This document shows, piece by piece, positions 53,794 through 64,000 of a stretch of DNA of 64,000 bases. Every line of letters starts with the position of its first letter. Position 1 is the stretch's first letter. The notes beneath the pieces are model-generated. The model did not search any database. It had not been told where the DNA came from and was given only the letters and a program-made list of their open reading frames with translations. A program made the translations under genes and the position numbers. Source of the DNA: Octopus vulgaris (lineage: Eukaryota); the NCBI GenBank assembly GCA_951406725.2, contig OX597828.1, forward strand, positions 7,502,001 through 7,566,000, written 5' to 3'.

Positions 53794-53899
53794 CACGTGT
53801 CTATCTTTCCGGAGTCTTCTCCTCTTGTTGCATTTTTACTCGTTGACATTTTTCTCTATTCTCTCCTTTCTGCACTTTTCTCTCTTGCTTTCTTCCCTG

Positions 53900-53940
<41 letters not shown>

Positions 53941-53950
53941 TCTCTCTTGA
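53700..53950. repeat. (CT)n/(CACT)n microsatellite
   Basis: Directly visible. Confidence 0.95.
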
Positions 53951-54672
53951 TATCTCACCATTCATTTCCCTACTCTTATCATTTGCTCTTTTATTTCACA
54001 ACGGCTCCTTGTCTTTACGCTCTCACTCACACACTGACTCTTTCGCTCACTCACGCTTCCCTCTCTCTTTCTCTCTTCCCCAAACACACACACACACATC
54101 CTATATTGTTCCCGTTTCTTTATGCATCACTGTTTGCATGTAAATCTAAAAGTTCCCAAACAAATGTCCCTGACCAGACGCATTTGACATTATCAGACTC
54201 CTACTGTTGGGTCTATACGTTTGTGCGTTCCGAGGATAACGTGCAGATAGCACTTTCAATTGTCAGCTATCGATCCGGTTGCTAATTTACGAGTATGAAT
54301 GACAAACTAGCTATAGGTACAAAGAACAGTTTGGTTAACCAACCGGACATAAGTCTGATCGAATTGTCTCTGTAACGCTATAATATCTCTTGGAACTAAA
54401 CTATCCAATAGATAGCTCCGACAAATCATCATCGTAATATAACTAAGAAATCTTGAGCCTTGCCTGGCAATTTATCAGAAGACATGGCTCTTCTGTTTAC
54501 AGAATGATAAGCTTAAGTGGACAGCCTTTCATCTGGCCAGAAAGTTAAAACTTTACATATTTTTACGCATAGAAACACGAAGAGAAACATGCAAACATAC
54601 AAACACACAGACACAAGAATATATATCCATACACATCATGTATATACATACACACATATGCCTCCATACGTA

Positions 54673-54704
<32 letters not shown>

Positions 54705-55004
54705 CATGTGTATGTATGTATGTGCCTGTGTATAGGTATGTATACATACATATATATATACACGCATACAAGTTTGTACATATATGCATGCATATATATT
54801 TATGTATTAGTACACACACACACATATATATACACTTATGTTTATATATTTATTTTTGATATATGACTGTATGTATATATGTATATACATACACATACAT
54901 ATACATAAATATACAACTATACCCACATGTATATATGTATTGTAATACATATATACATACATACACACACACATATATATATGTATGTATATATACATAT
55001 ATAC

Positions 55005-55092
<88 letters not shown>

Positions 55093-55519
55093 GTGTGTGT
55101 GTGTGTATATATATATATACATATATATACTTCGTGGAGGATCTTATATTGTTAGTGTTCTACTGTTATCTTATTACTATTTTTTCTTTGTTCTTGATGT
55201 GGTCGTTGCTTTTATTATTGTTTACGCCTTTTGTAAAGCAGCTTTTGTTATTTGCTGCTGCTGCTGCTGCTGCCGCTACTACTACTACTACTACTACTAC
55301 TGCAATTTCTATTACTACGACTACTTCTGGTGCTGTGATTTGAGCGAAGCGGTTAAATTTCTTTTGTTTTTGTTTTTCATTTCTCGCACAGTTCAGGCCG
55401 ATAGCAGTATCATCGATACACAAACAGAAAACTTTACGACTTCGATATCAACAAGGAAATATATATCTCCACTCTTGTGCTGAATAGGTAATCTAACGTG
55501 AATCGAAACATCAAACCTT

Positions 55520-56020
<501 letters not shown>

Positions 56021-56417
56021 GTATCTTTCCATTTGCCACAAGTATCGGTATGTATACCGATAGAAGGGGTGTTATGTGAATGGTAAAAATATACAAGTAT
56101 TTTACATGTCTCTATAACAAACGAAGCGATAACGCAATAAAATATATGAAAAACACGGTAAATATTTTGGACAAAAAAAAAAACACGTGTAACCCACGAA
56201 CACGTTTGAGGAGCCACCCCACAGATAGAATGAGTTCACCTCAAGACACACTGTATGTCATATTACATGATCTTATACATGAACAAACACACGAACTACT
56301 GTATGACCCCTGAATAACATACTACAGGATCCAACATTTGACAGAATATGTGCGACATGACATTGTATGACGCCATATGGACATTCTATTTGGCGCTCCT
56401 AACATGAAGTGCTTCGT

Positions 56418-56785
56418 CAGAGGTTCAGCCATATTCTTATCTATGGACCCCTTTGATTACTAATTTGTTCTGGTAGACCCCAGAGCCATTTCGTGTTTAA
56501 AAATTAGTTTTATAGATACTTCTTTCGAAATTTCAATTATGTTTTTCCCCCGTTCGCTTGTGTAGACTTCCAGTAACATTCATTGAGAGAACATGTTTCC
56601 ATAGCTAGAAATGTGTTGAGGTATGTTAAGCGTTAGAGCAAGAAACCGAATTGTTTATTGCAATAAATACATCACGGACCCTTAAAATACTACTCTGGAT
56701 CCCCAATTTACCATTTTGCTTGAGTGACCCTAAAACTTTTATATGGACCTCCAGGGACCACATGGGTCTTGGTTGAGAACTACTG
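56418..56785. mobile_element. hAT-type MITE
   Basis: CAGAGGTTCAGCC ... GGTTGAGAACTACTG termini and internal GGACCCC motifs; TSD degenerate. Confidence 0.65.
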
Positions 56786-57637
56786 TACTACATGAAACTC
56801 TACATAAATCAACACACGGCTCCTTACGTGATACATTAAATGGCACATTACGTGACTCCTACATGATGCACATGGACTCTCATGTTGCACGCTACATGAC
56901 ACACCATATTTTTGCTACATTATGTATTACATGAAAATACCCCTCCATGAAAACTACATATACCCCTCCATGAAAAACTACATATTATATTACATGACAT
57001 ATTGGAAGACATCGCAAAACTCACTACTTGACACAAGGACATGAAACACTACATGATACACCACATAACCTACTACATGGCATCTCCATAAAAAGTAACA
57101 TGTTGCATAACATGATGTAATGACCCACCAAATGGCATACTACATGATATACAATATGACACACTATATAATACACTATATCACATGTTACAGGATCGCC
57201 TACATGTGACAATACATGATGCACTATATGATACACTGTATATCACATTAATTCATACACACGATACACTATGTGGCATACTACATTGTATTTGAGATTA
57301 CACGATGCACTATATGACACACAGTCTGTCACACTAATTCATACACAGTGTAACACTACATGGTATAATATATGTCCCATTACATGGTATAATATATGTC
57401 CCATTACATGTCACGCTACATGTCATACTACACCATGCTCAATATAACATACTGTATAGCGCAAAATAGCCATAGTCACATTAAACGACGCACTACATGT
57501 TACATACAACATGGCCCATAAATCACTACACGAGACATTACACGGCACATTACATCGTTCACAATATATGGTACACGGCATGATCTAATTCATGTCACAC
57601 TACATGACATGCTACATGAAACACTACATGTCCCACT

Positions 57638-57942
57638 GATGGTAGTCTCTCGTAGTCCGAGAGAGACAGTTCTGTAAACTCTCGCCGAATAACCAACGCA
57701 AATGCTTCGTTTATAGTGATCAGCTGTTTATGCTGTACATTAGCTCACTACCTCTCTGTTAAAACCGACATAGCTTATACAGGTGCACGGTGCACCACAT
57801 GACAGGTGTCGAAGTGACCGCAGAGCAACGAGAGATGAAATGTCTTGCTCAAGAACACAACGTCCCACTCAATCCAGCAATTGAAACCTTAACCTCTCGG
57901 TCGTGAGAGCGGCATCTTAACCAGTAAACCACGCGCTCTCAC
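57638..57942 (-). mobile_element. SINE with family C head/core and a different tail
   Basis: Minus strand GAGAGCGCGTGGTTTACTGGTTAAG...GTTGTGTTCTTGAGCAAGACA. Confidence 0.8.
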
Positions 57943-58957
57943 TCATATCACATTACATCGCGCACAATATAACATACTACACAGTGCAGTACATGTCACA
58001 GTACATGGTGATCTCCTACATGACACACCGGATGACACATCACATGACATATCACATGATAGACTGTATGACATTCATGCCATTACATGGTATAAAAATA
58101 TAACGCAACACATGACATAACACATAATACTCGACATTAAAAGGAAGCTTTCAGGGGTGACCCAACGACCCATTAAAGTGCCGAGTTGTATCCACTTCAT
58201 TGTAGCAGCCATATCGTGTATCATTTGTCATTTAATACCATTTATTTCCAACATTATCAGTATTACTGTTTGCGTTGGTTGCTGTTATTAGGTGTTAATA
58301 AAACAGGCAGGGATGTTAAAATAAACCTGGGTAATTGAATAATTTTCCATCAGTAGTAATATGTGAGCAGGATTTGGTTAATGGATGCACAAGCCATCTT
58401 TCAGCGATTCTATTGGTGTGGACGCGAAGTCAATGGGAAAAATAGCAATCACAACAACCATCACAAAAACAACAAGTTGAGAGCTTCCAGGAGCACTCGT
58501 TGAGGAATAGCTGGAATAGATTAATCAAATCTGATTCCTGTCAAGGTTGCTTCATAATTTTTCCCAGAAATGCAGCGAGCTGGATTTCAAAAATATCTTC
58601 ACATCTGAAGTTAATTAGTAGCATAAGAACCCTGCATAATTTAGAAATTAGAGAGATTTTGCCTTTTATTTATTTATTTATATATGTATTTATTTATTTA
58701 TTTATTTGCTTTTGGAAAATGGCGATAAAACCACATGTATAATAATATAATAATATAATATAATTATACATTTTCCATGCAAACGTATATTAACTATGTA
58801 TGTGTATATGTATGCATGTATGTACATATGTATGTATGTATATATGAAAGTATATATGGATGCAACTGTAGATGGATATATGGATGTATGCATGCAAATA
58901 TGTATGAAAGTATATACAGTATATACATTTTGTATGGATATATATATATATGTGTAC

Positions 58958-59005
<48 letters not shown>

Positions 59006-59287
59006 TGCATGTGTATGTATATGTAAGTGTTCATATATGTATGTGTGTGTGTGTGTGCGCGCGCGTGTATGTGTGTATGCATGTACATACGAAGTGCCTT
59101 CAAAAAGAGTTCGACTTTATTTTTCTCACCAAAACTAATGCTGTGTGGGTAAATCCTTTGGGCAAGAGGTGACAACACACTTCTTGCGCATGCGTGGAAA
59201 TTTATGCGCCCGTAGGCCGCGTCGGGTCCCCGGCTGTTACGCCTACAGTACAGATGAGTAGTGCACACTCTTCGGATAATCGTTTCT

Positions 59288-59749
59288 ACCGAACGCACCG
59301 AGCAAAGATATCACATCAAGTTTTGTCAGAAAATTCGGTTGGCCCTTGGTGATGACATCATAAGGCAAACTCAAAATAAAATGTGATACAACGGTCTCAA
59401 ATATGGCCGTAGCTCAGTGGAGAGCGAGGTATGTTCAAGCAGGCTATCCACAAATCGAAACAAAGAGCTGATTGAAAAGGTCCAGTGCATAGTCAAAGAA
59501 GACTATACACTGGAATGTGTATCAATCCAGGGAATTGCTCACAAAGTAGGAATAAGCACAGGATCAGTGCTTTCCATTTTAACGGAGGAGTTGTGCATTC
59601 GGAGAGTGTCGGCGAAATTCGTACCCAGGGTACTGGCGGAGCAGTAGAAGCGACTCCGCATGGAAATTGCTCAGGGCAGGCTGGTCAGTGCAAACCACAA
59701 CGCAGACTTCATGGAAACCAGCATCACTGAGGAGACATGGGTTTATGGT
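59288..59749 (+). pseudogene. Mariner transposase N-terminal half
   Basis: EQRYHIKFCQK...GRSSVESE..SSRLST...IAHKVGISTGSVLSILTEELCIRRVSAKFVPRVL...ITEETWVY; stops present and most of the catalytic domain deleted. Confidence 0.9.
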
Positions 59750-59862
59750 CCCTGCTCGATAGGTTGGGTCATCTTGCGTGAAAAACAATCCAGCTTAGTG
59801 TGCTGTATAAGTTTGGAATCTAGGCATAGCAGCTGGGAACTGATGCGAAAATTTTTGCATAT

Positions 59863-60291
59863 GGCTTAGGAGTAGCTGTGTGGCAGGCGTAAGAGTGGCT
59901 GTGTGGTAAGTAACTTGCTTACCAACTACATGCTTCCGGGTTCAGTACCACTGGGCAAGTGTCTTCTACTATAGCCTCGGGCCGACCAAAGCCTTGTGAG
60001 TGAATTTGATAGACGGAAATTTGAAAGAAGCCCGTCGTATATATGTATGTATGTATGTGTGTGTGTGAATGTTTGTGTGTCTGTGTTTGTCCCCCCCCCA
60101 AAAAAAAAAATCTCTTGACAACCGATGCTGGTGTGTTTACGTCCCCGTAACTTAGCAGTACGGCAAAAGAGAACGATAGAATAAGTACTAGACTTACAAA
60201 GAATAAGTCCCGGGGTCGATTTGCTCGACTAAAGGCGGTGCTCCAGCATTGCCACAGTCACATGACTGAAACAAGTAAAAGAGTAAAAGAG
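59863..60291 (+). mobile_element. SINE family A, full length with duplicated 5' 23 nt, inserted in the mariner right TIR
   Basis: ATATG at 59859-59863 and 60292-60296 is the probable TSD; (GTAAAAGA)n tail. Confidence 0.93.
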
Positions 60292-60884
60292 ATATGCTCA
60301 AGAGGGTTTTCATCACCTTTCACCCAAAAGATTTGCCCACACAGTCTTAGTTTTGGCGGGCAAAAATAAAGTTGGATATTTTTTCAGCGCATCCCGTATA
60401 TGTGTGTGTCTGTGTGTGTGTGCATGCATGATGTTCAGTTGCTTGACACGGCTGGGCATCGAACAGATTGTGTTGGAGTAATCGTTCAGACTCTCTGCCC
60501 TCTGAATAGAAACCTCTTCAAAATCAACTTTGGTGTCGATTCCTTATTTTCGAGTCTTTCTCTCCATTACGCCTGCGACTCAGTTTAAGAGTCAGGAGCA
60601 CGTGCCAAGCACTGCAAAATATATTTCTAAAATTAAATCCGGATTACACAGGTGCTTGTTTGTTTACACCACACTATGAAAATCATAGATCCAAGACATA
60701 ACAGAAAGATATTGCTGGGTAGGTTGATGTAATCGGCCAGCACACTTATTGCGAAGACAAGAGAGGCATGTGTTCGATTCCCGCGCGTACAAATACCCAT
60801 TTATTTTCTGTCGCGGGTTTATATGCCCCAATGTTAGATTCTTTTCTATAGCCAAAATTTGGTGAACGCTTATAATTATGGGAC

Positions 60885-60968
<84 letters not shown>

Positions 60969-60993
60969 TGTGTGTGTTTGTGTGTGTGTGTAA

Positions 60994-61144
60994 GACGAGC
61001 TTCTTTCAGTTTCCCACTATCAAGGTCTTGGTTGGCCTGGGGCTATAGTAAAAGATTCTTGGCCAAGGTGGCATGCAATGGAACTGAACCCAGAACCATA
61101 AGGTTGAGAAGCAAACTTGTTACCACCCAGCCACACCTGCACCT
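60994..61144 (-). mobile_element. SINE family A head half
   Basis: ACGAGCTTCTTTCAGTTTCC...CCAAGGTGGCATGCAATGGAACTGAACCC...CAGCCACACCTGCACC. Confidence 0.8.
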
Positions 61145-61151
61145 ATATACA

Positions 61152-61182
<31 letters not shown>

Positions 61183-61793
61183 GTGTGTGTGTCTGTGTGT
61201 GATGTGTGTGTATACAAGTTTGATGGTACATGAACCAATGTATTTTAAACAATGCCATTCTGTATGTTTTCCCTCTTGGAAAGGCATTGGAGGGGTAACA
61301 AGTGGAGAAGTTTTTCTTGATGGACTAAGCTAATGACCCTTTTTCGATTCCTTTTTACTTTTCACTTCCGACGCTCGAAATGTTCGCATCTCCTGAATCT
61401 TACGCTATAACATATTCCATTTTCTAGAATTCTGAGACCTTACGATTAGTATTTAGATGATTCTCTTAAAGTCACTTAGAAAGAAGAACACATTTTTTAC
61501 AGACATACCTCAACTTACGTCGGTAACTGATTGCAAGATATGCGACTTAACTGGAAAAGCGACATAGCACACACACACAAAAAAACATTTTAAAGAATTT
61601 ATTAGCTTATATTTATTTTAATAAATGTCTTGTACACATTTGCATGTATTGTATTTGATTTTGCTCTACGGTATTGGTTTTTGGGTGTTTTCGTTAATTC
61701 TTATGCTTTTAATACGTTTGCTAATACCGAGTTTAAAGTCAAATAAATCGACTGAAGCTGAGACTGATTTTATCCATTAATCTCTTATAGAAA

Positions 61794-62048
61794 TGGAAGC
61801 GTGTGGCTTAGTGGTTAAAAGTGTTAGACTCGCTATAGTAAGATTTTGGTTTCGATCCTCGGCTGATCGATGCGTTGTGTTCTTGAACAAAGCACTTCAT
61901 TTTATGTCGCTCCAGTTCACTCAACTAGCAAAAGTGGCTGACGCTGCGACGGACCGGCGTCCCATCCAAGGGGGAATATATAATCCATGGAAACCGGAAA
62001 ACCGGCCCCCCCTGAGTCTATATGACTCGGGAAGGATCTTTGTCCTTT
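61794..62048 (+). mobile_element. SINE with family C head/core and a third tail type
   Basis: TGGCTTAGTGGTT A box, GGTTTCGATCC B box, TTGTGTTCTTGAACAAAGCACTT core. Confidence 0.85.
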
Positions 62049-62055
62049 ATACTAA

Positions 62056-62440
62056 TCTCTCTCTATATATAAAGCTGAAGTTGTCTGTGTATGGCAGGTT
62101 TGGTAGCCTTCAACTAACACTATCTCCTCCGAGACCCTGCGGCACAAGTTGACCAAAATTGAGAGTATGATAGAAGAAGGCTTGCTTTTTATTCCGTAGA
62201 AAATAAAATTCAAATCGGATGTTAAGACCCAAAATTATTTACATCAAAAAGGTGTTTTTTTTTCCATGAAAATCCCTATTTTTTACGTTTTTTTTTACTG
62301 CTCTGTCGCCATTTTTCGGTGTATTTCAACCAGAAAAATGTTCTCTTAAAGAGAATAACAAGCTACATAATGTAAAATTTTCACTTTTCAAAAATTCCAA
62401 TTCTAAAGGGTCGAAACAAACCGCCGGGTGATACTGCTAG
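62056..62440 (+). mobile_element. Non-autonomous Helitron (second family)
   Basis: A|TCTCTCTCTATATATAAAG ... ACAAACCGCCGGGTGATACTGCTAG|T; termini shared with 46451-46834. Confidence 0.85.
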
Positions 62441-62718
62441 TTCATTATAAAAACTTCGTAAAGCCGGCAAAGACGTAATTCGAACTGACGTAAGTTGAGG
62501 TGTGCTTGTGTTAGCATATAAGGATTACTGTTCGCTATCTGTTTATATATCTAGTGCGCTGCCACACGATTGTTATGACGCACGGTCTTAATTGAATTAA
62601 TTCTTAGTTCCAAAAATAGCTGCTTACCAGAGATAATCTTAAATGGCAGATTCCCGGCAGATGCGCAGCACAAAATAATTTTAAATATCTCAGTAATTTT
62701 AATTACCTTAAATATTTG

Positions 62719-62925
62719 CGGAGAATCGTTAGCACGGCGGACGAAATCCTTAACGATATTTCGCCTGTCTTTGTGTTCTGATTTTAAATTCCACCGAAGT
62801 CGACTTTGCCTTTCGTCATTTCGGAGTCGATAAAATAAGTACCAGTTCACTATTGTAGTCGAGGTAACCGACTCAGCCTAGCCCCTCCACCGAAATTGCT
62901 GGCCTTGTGCCAAAATTTAAAATCA
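62719..62925 (+). mobile_element. SINE family B
   Basis: AGAATCGTTAGCAC...GTCGACTTTGCCTTTCG..GTCGATAAAATAAGTACCAGT...GTGCCAAAATTT. Confidence 0.85.
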
Positions 62926-63322
62926 TTTACCTTAAAGAGTAGAATTCTTTGAATCTAATGTAATATTTTAAATGCTCTTTAAGTCAAAATGCTTCGTATT
63001 CGTGAACGCAAATCTGAATTAAGGGAACTGGATTTGAACTGAAAACCATGAGACTCTAAGCTGTTAATCGTAAAGTAGCGTGTCTCATAACTCCCACCCG
63101 AACTAACGAAAACTCATCAAAATAGGCTAATTACTTCAGGGACTAATGATTTTCACAAAGATGCAGAATGGTGTGAAGAAAGCTGACAAGGATATATTCA
63201 TTAAATTAAGCGAAATATAATGAGTCAACAACGTGTTTATATTTATTAGCACGAACGCAGCAATATACACCTTTTGAGGTGCAAAAAACCAACAATAATG
63301 CATAGACGTAAGCATACATAGT

Positions 63323-63380
<58 letters not shown>

Positions 63381-63393
63381 GCACGCACGCACA

Positions 63394-64000
63394 CACGGGC
63401 TGCGGTGAATGAATTGCCGTCAACATTACGCAAAAATGAAAATAACACTGACATCTCATTTTAACAGATATGTTTACCAAAAAAGTACATAAAAATATCT
63501 TGAAATACTAACGAGTAAATTTATTCAATAAAATCGCCATTGGCTTCAGCCACGACCTCCAAACGACTTCGGAATTTGCTGCAACTCTTCTGGACAGTCT
63601 CCTTGTTTAAGTTGGTGAATGCTACCATAATCCTTGCCTTCAGTTCATCTTTTGTGTTACAAGGAGTTTTGATGGTCTTTCGCTCATCTGCGCCCCACAC
63701 ATAATAATCAAGAGGTTTGCAGTCTGGGGAGTTAGATGGCCAGATGTTAGGAGTGATGTGGTCGCAGAACTTGTCTGACAGCCATGACAGGGTACTCCTG
63801 CTTGTGTGGCATGGTGCAGAGTCCTGTTGCTAGACATATAGTCTTCCAGCAGCCACCCTCTTGATCCAAGGTTGCATTATTTCCTCCAGGCACTTGACGT
63901 AGGCATCCGTGTTGAGTTTGAGGCCGCGTGGTAAGATGAATGGCAACATAACGTCGCCATCACTAGTGATCACTCCGAACACTATGATGTTGACTGGATG
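63394..64000 (-). mobile_element. DD37D (maT/mori-type) Tc1/mariner transposon, 3' part
   Basis: Transposase C-terminus plus 3' region and a probable TIR near 63394-63420; continues beyond the window. Confidence 0.85.
63521..64000 (-). pseudogene. DD37D transposase catalytic-domain C-terminus (160 codons including stop, one internal stop)
   Basis: HPVNIIVFGVITSDG...YV*QQDSAPCHTS...WPSNSPDCKPLDYYVWG...ANGDFIE*; 37 residues between the second and third Asp. Confidence 0.92.

Larger units (their letters stand above)
56240..58135. repeat. Old degenerate 12-bp minisatellite (consensus approximately CATGACACACTA)
   Basis: 12-bp phase visible, e.g. CATGAAACACTA CATGATACACCA CATAACCTACTA; interrupted by a MITE and a SINE. 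Confidence 0.8.
59088..60398 (+). mobile_element. Internally deleted mariner with ~160-bp imperfect TIRs and TA TSD
   Basis: The left end TACGAAGTG...CTTTATTTTT..CCAAAACTAA..CTGTGTGGG.AAATC is mirrored at 60292-60398 and 59820-59862. Confidence 0.85.

Overview
This is very AT-rich, microsatellite-saturated, essentially non-coding animal DNA. The SINE families and repeat density look like an octopus (cephalopod) genome; that is my recognition, not a database result. Almost every ORF in the supplied track is a translation of (AT)n/(CA)n/(ATGT)n/(AAT)n repeats. The identifiable content is mobile DNA: about 30 copies or fragments of three tRNA-derived SINE families (called A, B and C here); decayed LINEs (R4/Dong-like, two RTE pieces, one probable I-group 3' end); a mariner with long TIRs and a mariner MITE; a DD37D/maT transposase running off the right edge; a hAT transposase relic; hAT, piggyBac and Merlin-like MITEs with visible TSDs; and non-autonomous Helitrons. 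The most interesting signal is about ten short interspersed, ORF-less repeats, often beside or inside TA microsatellites, that each carry a minimal type I hammerhead-ribozyme fold. The fold is stem I / 7-nt core / usually one extra nucleotide / stem II / GAA / palindromic stem III / H. Across copies the core 3-8 base pair appears as C-G, U-A and G-C. These are probably Penelope-like (PLE) terminal-repeat derivatives, but no PLE ORF is visible and catalytic activity is untested. A few splice-site-bounded unique islands are reported as low-confidence exon candidates; no host gene could be identified.
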